From Klebsormidium nitens (Eukaryota > Plantae > Klebsormidiophyceae): a stretch of 64,000 nucleotides of DNA. The notes below the pieces were generated by a model. It was not told the DNA's origin. It did no database searches and saw nothing but the letters and a program-made list of their open reading frames with translations. The position numbers were made by a program, and so were the translations under genes. Where the stretch lies: contig DF237438.1 of NCBI GenBank assembly GCA_000708835.1, positions 4,836 through 68,835 of the forward strand. The letters are read 5' to 3'. Of this stretch, positions 13,346 through 27,130 are shown piece after piece (position 1 is the first letter of the stretch; each line of letters opens with the position of its first letter).

Positions 13346-16300
13346 CTAGCTCCCGCACGAGATGCACGCGTCTTTGTTCTCTAGGCTGCACACCATGGCG
13401 GCCATCTGCGCCTCCTTCTCAGCCTCCAGCTCGTCGGCGCTGGGGCGCAGGGCGGCCTCGGGGGCCGGGGCGGGGCTGGGGCTGGGGCTGATAGACAGGG
13501 GCTTGGGGAGGGGGCCCGCCTTGGCGAAGCTCGACTTGTCCACCGTGAACTGGATGGCGTCCGCAGCCGCGCGCGTGCGCAAATAGTACATGCCCGTCTT
13601 CATGCCCTGCGCATGCGGCCAGATACCATCGCTCAGGGACGGATGCTCGGGGGTGATGCGCGCAAAGGGACAAGCCAGACACGCGAAACCAGGAAGCAAC
13701 TACTCGCTCTTCAATTAGCCCTGAGAAGGAACCAGGTGGCAGACTATCTCTCCCTCTGCCACTCCGGCAGGAGGGGCAAGGAGCAGGCGCATGGGCGGGT
13801 GGGCACGGGCCGGCGCTGACCTTTCTCCAGGTGTAGAAGTGCAGGCTGGTGAGCTTGCCGAAGTTGGGGTTCTCTAAGTGGATGTTCAGGCTCTGGCTCT
13901 GGTCGATGAACGCGCCACGGTCCGCCGCCATGTCCACGATCGTGCGCTGCTTGATCTCCCACACCGTCCTGCCGCACAGAACGGAGCGTCAGCACACTCC
14001 TCCCAGCGTGAAACAGCAGCCATGGCACCGCCTACACTTCTACTTCGACCAAAGACGAAACAGCCGCTACTCAGAGCTGGCTGTATGGAAAAAGCGAAGG
14101 ACGTGGGCTGTGGCGGGGCCCCCGAAGCGCTCACTTGTAGATATTTTTGAGGTTGTCCGGGATGATGTCGGCGCGCTGCACGGAGCCGTTATAGTGGATG
14201 AGCTCGTTCTTGAGGACGGGCGTCCACAGGCCCAGCTCCACCAGGTCGCTCATCAGGTGCTTGTTCACCACCGTGAACTCGCCGCTGCGCACGCGCAGAA
14301 ACCGCGTCAGAAGGAGGCACACAGAATGAAGACCAGTCTGGCCAATTCCAAAGTCGTTCAAACACTGCTGAACAAGTGTTGAGATTGACCCGAAAGGAAA
14401 GGTTTTCGGAGGGCATGATTCAGGGGTGCCTACCTGAGCACCCTCCTGGCGTAGATGTTGGAAGTGTAGGGCTCGAAGCCTGCACACAACAAGAGGCACA
14501 GGTTAAGAGCGCCCAATGCGTTTGCTGTGCCAATGCTTGTGAGCACTGTGATGAGAACACCCAGATCAGTAGGAGTGTGAGAACGAAGGTAACAGCAGGA
14601 GGAACCAAGCAGAACTTGGTGCGCCCCAGCGCCAGGGCGGCACTCACATTCGTTGTTCCCCAGGATCTGGCTGGTGGACGCGGTGGGCATGGGTGCGCAC
14701 AGCAGCGAGTTGCGCACGCCGTGCTCCGCGATCTGTTGCCGCAGGGCCGCCCAGTCCCAGCGGCCGGACAGGGACACGCCCCACATGTCCGGCTGGATCA
14801 CGCCCTGCAGGACACGCCAGAGGGAGGCAAGTGAGGAAAGGACATCCAAAGCAAGCAAGCTGTCGTTCTGACTGGCCAGCATGACTAGGATAGAAAGCAA
14901 GTGTACAAGAGCAAGCCATTGGGGACCATGAATTTTTCAATTGGTGTCTCAACAGGCTGCACAGCATTGCAAAGTGCGCCGTTACAAACGACTATGAGGA
15001 GAAACGCAGTGGGTGCGTGCTGCTGACCTTGCTAACGGGGCAGCCAGCGTAGGTTTCGTAGGGCCCCTCCTCCTTGGCGAGCTGGCAGGAGGTGCGCAGC
15101 GCGGCGTAGTAGATGGTCTCGAAGACGTCCTTGTTGAGCTGCTGCGCCTCCGGTGAGTCGAAGGCCATCCCCAGCAGGATGAACGTGTCGGCCAGCCCCT
15201 GCACGCCGATGCCGATGGGCCGGTGCCGCATGTTGGACCGCCGAGCAGTCTCCGCAGGGTAGTAGTTCACGTCGATGATGCGGTTCAAGGAGCGCGTCGC
15301 CTGCTCCGTCACCTGGGACAAAGGATTGCAGAGGGTTTGTGAGCCTGAGAAGGTTCAAAAACGCGTCAAGACGAAGTAGCAAGCGCTTTCAGGATAAAAA
15401 TGCCTGACGAAGCTGTCGGAATGCGTTCGTATGCTTCCAAGGGTGCACTTCCACAACCATGAGAGTCACGCCGGTGGTCGAACCTAGGGGGCTCACCTCG
15501 ACGAGCTTGTCGAAGTCGAAGTAGCGCTTTTCGCTGCCGATGCTGCCCACCAGCTTCTTGGTGTGGCCCTCCAGGGGGACGCCCTGCTCGCGCACAAAGC
15601 GGGGCAGCGCAATGGAGGCCAGGTTGCAGACAGCCGTCTCCTCAGGGCTGGTGTACTCTACGATCTCGGTGCACAGGTTGGAGCACTTGATGGTGCCCAG
15701 GTTCTGCTGGTTGCTCTTGCGGTTGCATGCGTCCTGCGCAGAAACAAGCACATGGGCTCAGCAGCATGACATTTTCTTGCAAGTGTTGTAAATCCAGCCC
15801 CCATTGCAACATGAATCCATATTGTATCGCAAGTATCGCAAGTATCGCAAAAGGACGTTCAGAACAACAATGCACAAGTAATCACAGGAGAGAAGAACGT
15901 ACCTTGTACAACATGTATGGGTTCCCTGTCTCTATCTGAGCCTCGAGAATGGCAAACCACAGCTTTTGAGCTTCCACCACCTTCTTGGCCTTGCCCTGCG
16001 CATCGACAGTGACTTCTGTCACGAGGTAGTATTAAGATGCAGGCATGCGCGCAGAAAAGTTGCACGTGCAGGACTCTACTTCGTCTTAGTCGGTCAGAAA
16101 CTTGTAAAGTAAGCTGTCACAGACTGAGCCAGTTTCTTGATACAAACTTTTCTGAATTTCTGAAACTGGGACGACAGAATCTGTGTGTTTGCTGTGGGGC
16201 TGCCTCACCTCCTTCTCGTAGCTGATGTACAGCTCCTCAAACTTGTCCCCCCACACCTCCGCCAGGCCCTGTGCCTCGTTGGGGCAGAAGAGGGACCACT

Positions 16301-18559
16301 TGCCGTTCTCCTCCACGCGCTTCATGAACAGGTCGTTCACCCAGAGGCCGTAGAACAGGTCGCGCGCTCGCACCTCCTCCTTGCCGTGGTTCTTGCGCAA
16401 GTCTAGCCACTCAAAGATGTCCGCATGCCACGGTTCCAGATAAATGGCAAACGCACCTGGAGCAGGCAGCAAGAAAGTCCATGATTACATGGCTAGCACA
16501 AGTGGAAGAGAGTACTATTCAGATCTATGATGCATGCACTCCAGTCTAGAGAAAGCGGGCATCGAGCAGATACTTGGCCGCCCTTCGCGACTCAAGGAGG
16601 TGGTGAAGGCTGACGGAATTGGTAAAAAACTATTGGGGAGCCAGCAAAGATTGTCTTCAAGCTCAAAACTTCAGACCAGATTGCAGGGAAGGCAAGCCCT
16701 CCTACCTTTCCTTTTGCCGCCTCCCTGATCAACATATCTGGCAGTGTCATTGAAGACTCTGAGCATTGGGACGATGCCATTGGATGTGCCGTTTGTGCCG
16801 CGGATGTAGCTGCTGGTGGCGCGGATGTTGTGGATGGACAGTCCGATGCCGCCTGCGCTCTTGCTGATGCCCGCACACTCCTTGAGGGTGTCGTAGATGC
16901 CCTCGATGCTGTCCTCCTTCATGCACACCAGGAAGCAGCTGCTGAGCTGCGGCCGAGGGGTGCCGGCGTTGAAGAGGGTGGGGGAGGCGTGGGTGTACCA
17001 TCTGCACACCAAGTGGCGCATGCTTCTGTCAGCAGGAGCATGGGAAAGAATTGGCACACTGCTTTTGTGGGGCTTGAGCAAGAAAAAGATGGTCACAAGA
17101 AGGATGCTTCCAAACAGATCTTAACAAGAAGGATGCTTCAAAGAGATCGAGGGCAACATAGGAAAGATGGGTTGCCTGCACTTGTGTGGTGATGAGGCAA
17201 GAACTGAAGTACAAATCCATCAGTACGCAAGAAGGCAACCTGGTGAAGCACCCACCTTTCTGACATGAGGTGGTACGTCCTGATGGCCGCCTCAATGTCC
17301 TGCTTGTGAATGCCGACAGCCACACGCATGAGCATGTGCTGCGGTCGCTCTACAACCTTGCCATTCACTTTGAGCAGGTACGAGCGCTCCAGAGTCTTGA
17401 AACCGAAGTAGTCGTACTCAAAGTCGCGGTCGTAGATGATGACGCTGTCCAGACGCTCCTTGTTCTATAGGGGGGAAAGAAGAGAATGTTTTAGGCCCCA
17501 TCCGAAGGACAGTGTTGGAGGAGCTTGCATGGGGCATGAAACAAACAAGACTAGCTTGCAAGACACGCATCTCCAGAGAAGTCCTGCAGATGATCATGAC
17601 ATACCTTCATGATGACCTCAAAAACGTCGTCTGCAATAAGCGGCGCTTTCAGGCCGGAACGGTTGTTGACGTGATAGTACATATCTTTGATCCTGAGGCA
17701 TGAAAGAGACAAGCGGTAAGTTCACCAGTTGAGATTTGAAAGCTTGCAGCGAACGAGTCCAACCTGGGGCTCATTGCATTCAAGTGAAATACTCAGTGTG
17801 TCTGGTGGAAATCGAGCTTCATATATACTTGATAGCTGAGACAAGGCAGAACTGCATGGCTGCAAGTACCCTTTTTTGCCCAGGAAGGAAGCAGAAAACT
17901 CACGTATCTGAGAAGGACTTCTTTGTGTTCTTGTGCAAGTTGGACACAGCAATCCGCGCTGCCAGCTGCAACAATCAAAAACCACCATCAAATTCTGAGT
18001 CAACCAAAGGCATTCTGAAACTAGGTAGCATCGCCATTGATACTAGAGGTGATGAGGTTCTAGCTGTATGCTATTTCAGATCAGCAGAATTCAGAAAACA
18101 CTCCACAGGAACTTCTATAGCTGCAGGGGCACGCCAAAAAGGTACAGCTGACAACAAGTTGCAGTTCACAGCTGTTGATTGCTATGAAGCAGATTTGCAA
18201 AGGCAGATGCATCGGCCTTTCAGCAACGGCACCCAACTGTGTTGGTCGCCAAAAGTAACAAGGGTGGTTTGGTACCGTAACAGATGGGCACATGAAAGCA
18301 GGGGACGCAGCAGGTGAGAGACGATCCCCACCTGTGCATAGTCCGGATGCTTTGCAGTCATGGACGCCGCTGTCTCCGCCGCCAGCTCGTCCAGCTCGCT
18401 GGTAGTGACGCCCGTGTACACGCCGGTGGTCACCTTCTGCGCCACCAGCACCGGCTCGCAGTGCTCGGGATTCAGCCCATAGCTCAGCTTTCTGATCCTC
18501 GCAGTGATCTTGTCAAAGTGGACCGCCTCCTTGCGGCCATCACGCTTGATCACATACAT
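13346..18559 (-). CDS. RNR1: Ribonucleoside-diphosphate reductase large subunit (class Ia)
   Basis: ATP-cone start [22 protein letters not shown]; [14 protein letters not shown]; [15 protein letters not shown]; [19 protein letters not shown]; [14 protein letters not shown]; [10 protein letters not shown]; [17 protein letters not shown]; [14 protein letters not shown]; C-terminal CxxxxxxxCxxC ([16 protein letters not shown]). Confidence 0.98.
15824..15850. repeat. Tandem 9-mer (GTATCGCAA)x3 in an RNR1 intron
   Basis: Read directly from the sequence. Confidence 0.85.
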
Positions 18560-18825
18560 CCTGACTTGACGTGCTGAGAGAGTTAGCTAGTCCCCCTCGG
18601 CTTCCTGTTAGTCTCCTTCCTTTAACTTCGTACGTACAACTGTATGCTGAAGGTGGCTGCTTTGCTCCTCCCTAACAATTGGTCAGAAAGGTGCTCGCTG
18701 CTGGCAACCTGAGGCAATGGAAGCCCCGGAGTCTCAAATGTGAAGATTTGGAAGAATGCCTTGAAGCAATGAAGGGCGTGAGTGCTTGACCGCAACTTTT
18801 CGTGTGGCCGTGTGCAGACCGCAGT

Positions 18826-18846
18826 GGCGCCAAAGCCAGCGGGAAC
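18826..18846 (-). promoter_or_regulatory. Candidate E2F site(s) upstream of the RNR large subunit
   Basis: GGCGCCAAA (TTTGGCGCC on the gene strand) followed by GCGGGAAC, about 270 nt upstream of the ATG. E2F control of plant RNR promoters is established; function of this site is inferred. Confidence 0.4.
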
Positions 18847-20273
18847 AACTCCACGCAATCATGGCTGGCGGTAATGGTTTGAATGAAAGTTATGGCGGGA
18901 GAGGTTGGGAATCCTCTTCGGTACTTCGTTGGATGACGAGAACAGCACGGCAACCACAGTAACGCGGTAACCTTTTCAATGGCCAAAATTGACACATCTT
19001 CATAATATTTTGTGTCCTCCCAAACTTCACCTCAAGAGCTTTCAAATTCGAAATGAGACGGTCGAATCATGAAATTGTATCAAGGGACTGGATTGAGCAA
19101 TCAACAAATGTGTCTGTGCCGTTCGATGACCGTTCTCTTAATTATCGGACAGCTGTGGCCACGCCCCCTCCGTGGTACGTACCGCAGTTGCCACTGAAAC
19201 GCGCATTAAGTCAATAGGTACCGTACCCTGCACGCAATGCGCATGCCTTGCAGATTTTGAGAATTCTGAGCACTTACAAGATGGTGCAAGGTCTTTGAAT
19301 GCATCTCATGACCGACTCCTTCGCGGTCACTACACTCCATTGCCCATTTCCAATTGGTTGCGAAGAAGTCATCAGGATGGTAGCTTTTCCGGATATAACA
19401 TCTCGTTTTCATCCATCCAATGCCCAAGTAGGCCGTAGGTTCTTCAACAGTTTGAGCATGCACATGGTTCCTTGGTTCGAGTTCGTGAAGCGCTATGATT
19501 GATAGTGCATGCATAGAAGCAGGACGGTCACATTGAATGTTTCGAAGTGACTCGGAATTTATACTAGTACGTTCTTGAAGGCATGCCACAATGCCATGGC
19601 CCACTCGCCTGTACTGGTAACTTTGTATTGGCTTACGCCCGGCTTAGGTTTGATTCTTCAAGTATCAAGTTGAATCTTATTGATATTGCTTCAATTGCTT
19701 ATAAGCCTATAGCCTGGTCTATCATCGTGCGTGCGGGCGCCACATGCATGCGGGCAATGGCATATGTAACTTGTAATTTGATCAATAGGGATGACCGATG
19801 GTCCCGACCGGATCAGGCTGCTCTCAAAGGTGCATGATTGCATGGCATTATACCGGCCCCGTGCACCAGATCCCCAGCGTAATCTCTTTGGGCCAATGCA
19901 CTATAGTTCATTGCAGCAACGTGAGCCTGCATGAACCGTTTTTTCGGCGCCCATACATGCATGGCCGCGTCTGACGCGATATGCAGATTCTGCGTCGCAC
20001 GCGGCGCCAGGGCAGTTGAGAAGTACAAAATTGCCAAGTGACATGCTTCAGGACTTGGGCTGCCAAGAGGTGCACAATGTCACTCGTGTGTAACCTCGCT
20101 CCATGACATACATATCATTTGATCGGATATGACTTACACATTCCAGTTCTCGATTCAGTATTGCCGTACTCTGTGTGGCCGGACGAGGGTGGTCAATCGC
20201 CCTTGTTGTGCATGGTTTAGTGCTCAAAATCGCACATGATGCACAACAATGCAGGGCGGCAGAGTTATCGACG

Positions 20274-23200
20274 TTACTTCTCAGGCCGTCGCGTCCTGTG
20301 GTCGAGCGTGTCCTCCCACGCCTCTACTAGTTGCTTCCTCATGCTCGCGGCCATCTCCCTGCCCACTTGCATACCCATGCCCACCATCTCTCGCCGCAGC
20401 GCCATCCTGGCCAGCAGCGGCAGCCACAATGCGGGCGCTGCCTGCACCGTGTTCCCCAGCGTGCGCATGCCGGCCGCGACCCGCTCCAGCAGCACATCGT
20501 CCTCGTTGTCGTCGTCGTCGTCCACCATGCGCCGCTCCTCGGCACGCCCGCTGCCGCCCTCCGCGGCGGCGGGCTGCATCAGCCGCGCGCTCCAGCGGGG
20601 CAGGCTGCTCGCCTCGAAGGCCTGGCAAGCAGGGAGAGGCATATTTGTCCCATTTTTGCGAGTACGCTGACCGGACTATTCCCTTCTGTACGGCTTTTTC
20701 CGGCATTTAAGATGCGAATCTTGGTTCAAAGCGCGACATAGATTTCGAAAAGTGGACGACAGTAGGGTTTTGACGAGCTCAAGTGGACCGCTGTCGCTGA
20801 CTTCAAATCTTGAACAGGCCGCTCTGACCACCTTGCATCTGCGTACTGCTGGCATCAGGCAACAAACATCAGATTAGCGGGCTTGTGACACCGCTTCAGA
20901 CAGTGCCCCGTTCCCCTTCCGTTCCGCCCAGCTCACCGCTGCTGCCTGCTGGTCCGCCACAGTGGCCACCACGATGTGCCCTGCCGCGTCCACCCGCGGC
21001 CGCAGGGCCGCTGGTCGCGCATCCTCGGGGTGGGCCTCCTCCGCGTCGGCGCGGCCGTCGGGGGCGGGCCCGAGGCCGGCCCAGTGGCGCACATGGTCCA
21101 GCATGCTGCCCACCAGGCTGTCCGTCACGCCCGCCAGGTCCTGCACGCCACCGTAAACTACTGCTCAGCGCAAGCCAACAGAGTACGTGCACCTGAAGAT
21201 CCTCGCCCCGCTGCCCTCCTTTCCGAGTTCGGTCTGCACGCCGACCTCCACGCCTCGCATTCTGCACATAGTCGTTTACGCCCGCTGCCACCGGCCGGCT
21301 TCAAGCACCATCCGTTGGCGTGCTGGCTGACCTGCACGACGTGGTGCCGCACGTGGGTCCCGCTGTCGGCCATGACGAAGTCGAGCAAGTCCGCCGTGGC
21401 GGCCACAATGGCCCGCTGGTCCAGGGCGCCACGCAGGCTCGACCCCGCCCTGCCCAGTGCAGCGCGCCCGCCCCACGGCCCTGCGCAGACACGTGCTGCT
21501 CAAGTATGCTCACACACCGCACGGCACGCCAAGCACGGACACAGACACGGAGTCTCCCTCTCAGGTTGGGTGCAGTCATGAGGAGGGTGTATGAGAAGGA
21601 GAGCAAGGCAGTCCACGCTCAATGTGACTGCCGAGAGATGTGAGACCAGTGCTGGGCGGTGAGACACGATGTTCCAATACCAGAAGAACTATGTCCAAGC
21701 GTACAATCAGCGGACTTCGCCCCCACCCCCTGGCAAAAGAAGCTATTTATCGTACAATGGCAGAGGGGGCAAAGGTAAATCCGGGTTCGTCCGCCGCTCA
21801 CCGTCGGGCGCCGTGACGGGGCGCCCCTGCATGCCGATAGCTGCCACGAGGCGCTCGAGGCGGTGCCAGCGGACGTTGCCGTCAGGGTGCAGCAGCAGCT
21901 CGCGCAAGATCTCGCGCATCTGCATGTACGCAACAGGCGGCATCAAGCGTCGCAAGAGCACGCGCCCTTGCAGCGGAACACCAAGTGGGCTGCTCTAGAC
22001 ACATTCTCTGGTGTATTCGCCTGATCCATCCCAAATGAGAAGCAGAAAAAGAGCGAGAGGCGAGAGGGCCGTCGGATCGCAGCCTCGTCAGCGCCGCCTG
22101 GCACACGACGTAGAAGGCCACAGAGAGATGGCAGGCTTCCAAGCGCGAGGGTCCAAATCATCAAAGCTCTACTGATCGCGCTGTGGGGCACGGTCACATG
22201 CGCGGCGGCCGACCTCGGGCGTGGGGTCGGCGAGGAGCCTGCCGACGACGAAGGGGTACGCTGAGGCGAGGACCTTGAACGACGGGTCCAGCGCGGTGGC
22301 GGTGCCCTCCAGCGACCCCAGCGCGCGGATGACCATCGTGTACACCGCGGGGTACTGGAACTGGAACCTGCGCAGCAACGCACCCCAAGATGAAGGGTTG
22401 CAGCCAGGCAATCCTCCTGCTCCTTCCGAAAGCAAGAACCCAACACGAGATTCCGAGGCAGATAGGACACGATGGCTGGTCTTTCTGCCTTGCGATGCTA
22501 TAGGCACCCCCGTGTTACGAGTGCGGTGGAGAAGGGCATGTTAAGACAAGGTGACGCTGGCAGGCTTGCCGCCTTGCCCTGCGCGAGGTGCCGCTGACCT
22601 GTACATGACCTCCGCGAGCTGCGTGACGATGCCCTGGAAGTCGAGCTTCATGCGGCGGCCCTCCGTCCCAAACGACTCGCGCAGTGCGGCCGCCACTCGG
22701 GCCAACTCTGGGGACCGCAAAAGATGGCGGGGTCAATCAGAATGTTGAGACTCCTACTCATTGATGTCCGCGGTTGGGCACCTCGAATTCTCTCAAAATA
22801 ACCACAATCGTGTCGACGGATGCAAGACTACACAAAGCCTTCGAAGAAAGCACATCGTTGGTAAAAACAGGTGGTTCAAAGACCTCTGTCGATTCTGTCG
22901 ACTCTGATCATCCAACAAAGACGCTTCAGAAACGGTTATCCAGGGTGACGCCCACCTGTTTGCGGGGGGAGGAAACCCAGCGTGACGAAGTCGCTTGCTA
23001 AACCTAGCGCGTCCCTATTTACAAAGTGAACAAGCTGCACACCACAATACGTCGCGATCAGAAGTGGCGGCTGGTCTAAGGAATGTGTTTGCACAACAAG
23101 AAAGCCGGACAGACGTCGTGATTCAGCCATGCAAAACTTACATCAGAGACAATGGAGAACACGCCAAAAGATATAGAAGCAGAGCAGCTTTGCGGAGGAA

Positions 23201-26200
23201 AAGAGGAGCTATATGATACCAACAATCAAAGACCTGGCTCCGCCCGTTTATCGAAATCCAAGTTTGTCATGTTATCTCAACTTGATACTGAGTGCGCTCA
23301 AATCAACATAGTGACAGTGCAAGGGCCCAGGCTGGGCGGCGCGGCTGACCGTGCGTATGAGGCCGATGCGGTAGCGGTGCGGCAGCTCGGACATCATGCC
23401 GAAGTCCAGGTACACCAGCAGGCCGTCGCTCGTCACCAGCAGGTTGCCGGGGTGCGGGTCTGCACAGCACGGAGGCGTATCAGACAAGAACGGAATTAAA
23501 AAGCTGCACGACACGAATTCGGGGTCTGCAACTTCGGTCTTGGGTTTAGACGGCATCAATCAGATTACCGCTGCTTTCACTTGCGCTCTGTCGATGTTAC
23601 GACCCTCTTCGAGGGTGGCAGAGGGCTGCGGGCACTGACCGGAATGGAAGAAGCCCTCCTCGAGGAGCTGGCGCAGGGAGCAGAGGACGCCGAAGTCGAC
23701 GATCTTCTCCGCATTCAGCTGCAAGCCGGCGATCGCAGCCTGCCATCACAGAGCGCGCAATAGTAAAGGCACTGCTTTTGATGCTCGATGGCCACCAACT
23801 AATAAGCTCAAGTAAACGTCCCAGGTTGGTGACGTAAGACACGGCCAGGGCCCCACGTGCGACGACGTAAGCACACGACCCGAGAGCGACAGGAACAAAA
23901 GCTCTCAGAAGATCCCGCAATTTCAGATGACCCATTGGCTGCAGAGTATTGGGGTGGGCATATGCAAAACTTCGAACTCAATCCGAGAGCCTCACCGCAT
24001 CAGTGAGCTTGACGCCTTCCATCCACTCCATGGTCAGAATCTGGTGCGTCGTCATCCGCCACAGAATTCGCGGCACACGCACCCCGCCCTCCTCTGCGCC
24101 GTTGCGCCTCCTTCCCGGGGGCGCATCCATGAGCCCGTCCCACCCCCCGTCATAGTCGCGCGCGTGCTCCGCCCCCTTGGCGGCATCAAACGCGTAGAGC
24201 TGCGCAAAGCGCTCCGCGTTGTGGGCCTCTCGCACGTAGTCGACTTCCTCAAACACGCGGCCGACCATCTCGTCGACCACTGCAGTAAGGCTGCCCCGCG
24301 CGCCCACGTAGCGCTGCAGCTGCGCCGCCACCTGGCGCAGCAGGTACGCGTCTAACGCCAGCCGTACCGCTAGCCCGGGGCGCTGCACCTTCACAGCCAC
24401 CCATGCGCCATACGGGCCGGGCAAGCGTGCTGGCAAGGAGAGAAGGGGCAGACTGGTGGGCAGAGTTCGCTGTAATGGCAGAAGAGCACAATTGTACGCC
24501 ATATTATTTTTAATTGACTTGGCCTTCGTTTAAAGGTTCTTTAGAAGATGGATGGTCTAAAGTAGCGGATGAGTTTTCAAAAAAACATATAGAGTTCTCT
24601 AAAGCGCCCTGCTATGGCAAGCCAGAATACGAGGCCCATGTTCCTAATAAGAGTTGAAAGGTCTGAGAAGTTGTGCACGCCACGTCTCCAGACGTATTAC
24701 CGGTTACATGTCGAGTCAAACTAGATCGATCGCAGGGTTTGACCAACCTGACATGTGACGAAAACGATTCCTGGAAGGCTCTGCCAGCAGTTCGCAACCA
24801 GAAACAGGGAGTTCTCAGTAGTGACAACATTCTAAAAATGCAAGTCACGTGTGTGCAATCTCGCTTAATTCACATTCACTTCGATCTCGTTTTGTAATCC
24901 AACAGGCATCAACAGCTTGAGCCACACACCGTCGAAACACCGGCGCACTCTGTTACTCCACTTCGCGTGCCCACCTTTGTAGACCTGCCCCAGCGAGGCT
25001 GCTGCAACCGGCTCGGGCGAGATCTCCTGGAACAGCTTCTCAATGGGCGCCCCCAGCTGGGCCTCGATGGCGCGGAACGCTGCGCGTGTTGGGAAGGGCG
25101 GGATCTGGTCCTGCAGCTTGGCCAGCTCCGCGCAGATTTGGGGGGGCAGCACGTCGGGGCGCGTCGACAGCGTCTGGCCCAGCTTGATGAACGCGGGGCC
25201 CAGGCGGATGAGCGCCAGCCGCAGCTGCACGGCAAGCACCGTGATAACTGAGCCTGTTCCCTCGCTGAGCAGTCTGGCTGAGTCTCAAGAACTGTTTTAC
25301 TTAATTGCTACAGGCCAAAAACCAAGCTCGAAGTTGTTAGAGTGGCACCGGAAGTGACTGATCACTTGTTGCCTTGGTACGACAGTCTGGTTACATTAGA
25401 TGGATAAGAGAACGCCTACCAAAACCACCCCACATTTCAACAAAAGACGTGCGAGCACAGTGTTCTTGAGGTGCACTCTAAAAGCCACTCCTCATCATCG
25501 CCATCAATAGTGGGAATAGGCGCCCTCACCATCTCTGCCCGCTTGTTGATGTCACTTTCCCGCAGCGACCTCAGCCTGAGCCAGCCGACCTCTGCTGTGA
25601 TGACCAGTGCCCGCCACAGCACCGGCAGTGGGCGCCAGCGGTAGTGCCTGGCCAGGGCACCCGGGTCGTACACCGCAGGCTTCAAACGCTGGGGGAGCTC
25701 CACCGTCTCGTCCTCTGTGAAGAAGCCGTCCTCCAATAAGAGCTCCGCCGCTGCGGGGGGGGCTGTGGTGGCAGCAGCGCCGGGAGGAGGCCGGACAGCG
25801 TCTGTTACTCTAGAGGTTGATTTTGGAGCTTGATGGGCGGTGGTGGATGTGGTGGCGGCAACTGTGGCCCCTGGGCTTCCGGTGGCAGTGTAGGAGGACC
25901 GGATCTGCCATGAGCTTGGCAGGATAAGGTCCAGCTGGCTGGAAACGCAGAGGGTGGATGCTGAAATTGAGAATGCAGGCGGCTTGAACCACCTTGATCC
26001 TGAGAGAAGGCTCTCACTTTCGATGCCCACAGTTGAAAGAAGGGGTGTTCTTCGCCAGAGCGCCTCGCCTCCATTCAGAAGAGGAGAGACTTTAGCAACA
26101 GCTCCAAGCCCCTCCTCGCAAGCCCCAGCTTGTGCTCGTATCCACGGCAGCAGGCTCTCCCACAGGCGTGGCCGCAGGAGCAAGCGGGACCGGCTGCTAG

Positions 26201-26219
26201 GAGGACCTGCTGCATTCAT
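20274..26219 (-). CDS. ABC1/UbiB (aarF) atypical protein kinase, probably organellar (resembles the plant ABC1K2 type)
   Basis: LGPAFIKLGQTLSTRPDVLP; PVAAASLGQVYK; VAVKVQRPGL; EEVDYVREAHNAERF; ILTMEWMEG; GFFHS|DPHPGNLLV; YLDFGMM; LVHFVNRDALGLASDFVTLGFLP; FQFQYPAVYTMVIRALGSLEGTATALDPSFKVL. The long Ser/Pro/Arg-rich N-terminus suggests a targeting peptide. Confidence 0.93.
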
Positions 26220-26626
26220 GGTGATTCGCTAGCACGAGCTACCAGAAGTGAGGATCACGACAGTACCGCTTGGAAATTATCCCATCTTAGCATGGTGCCA
26301 GCATGCATGCACCTTGCAACAGCTGGCGCTGCTGCCCGCCCTCAGGGACAACAAGATGCCCACTTCAGAGTTGAAGTTAATACTCACCACCCTTCTCTGG
26401 CGTTTTTGTCCTTATCAAGCGGTGCGCCCTTCAAGGACAACCAGTTCGAACAATCGCAGTAGGCTCTACCCCACTTCACATTTGGCGTCCAAGTCCCATT
26501 CAATGCAGCCTAGCGCCCTGGGCTCACACTCACAGCTTTGGCTGTCTAGAATATTACATGTCACTGCGCCTCCTTCCCTGACCATCTGTTGATACAGCAT
26601 AAACACAACCACTCTCCTGCCGCCAC

Positions 26627-27130
26627 GTGCCCCCCTTTTCCGCTTGGAAGGCTTTGTCTCCGCAACCTGGTCGCCTCAGGCTCGCCGGCTCCGGGGCCCG
26701 GGGGATACCCCGAACCGCGAAAAGGCTTCCGGAACTGAAAAAGCTCTGCATGCAGTCACTAGGCGGTTCACGTATCAGCAGTGGTTCACCACAGCGTTGC
26801 TGGGCGTTCCTCACCCGGGGATTCGGCGGTGTGAGTGCGGTAAGGAGTTGCCGGAGTGGATTGGGGCGGAGCATACCGTACGCTGTTCCCCGAGGTACAA
26901 AGCGCGCACGCTGACGCGTGATGGCATATGCAGTGCGCTGTACTTCATCCTGCGAGACTCGGGTGTTCAGCATCCGCCGGAAGGCGAGGGGCATCCTTGC
27001 CGGCCGGTGAGAGACTGAGAGACGGAGGGGAGACTCGGAGAGTGATGGATGCTGATGTTCTAGCATCGCCGGATTAGCTTGCACACCTTATTCAAATGGA
27101 CTGTGGCGGACGTAGACGGGCATGATGCAG
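26627..27130 (+). mobile_element. Degenerate 3' fragment of an RLE-type (CRE-like) non-LTR retrotransposon
   Basis: RLRLAGSGA...PELK, then a frameshift to LLGVPHPGIRRCECG...EHTVRC...RTLTRDGICSAL...RDSG. This is a C-x-C-x10-H-x3-C zinc knuckle followed by an R-x3-(H>R)D motif, as seen upstream of RLE nucleases. Stops and frameshifts follow; no RT domain is recognisable. Confidence 0.5.

Noticed and set aside
17095-17139. 16-nt direct repeat ACAAGAAGGATGCTTC in an RNR1 intron
   Set aside because: Only two copies with a 13-nt spacer and no element structure; most likely local slippage, not a CRISPR array or TSD.
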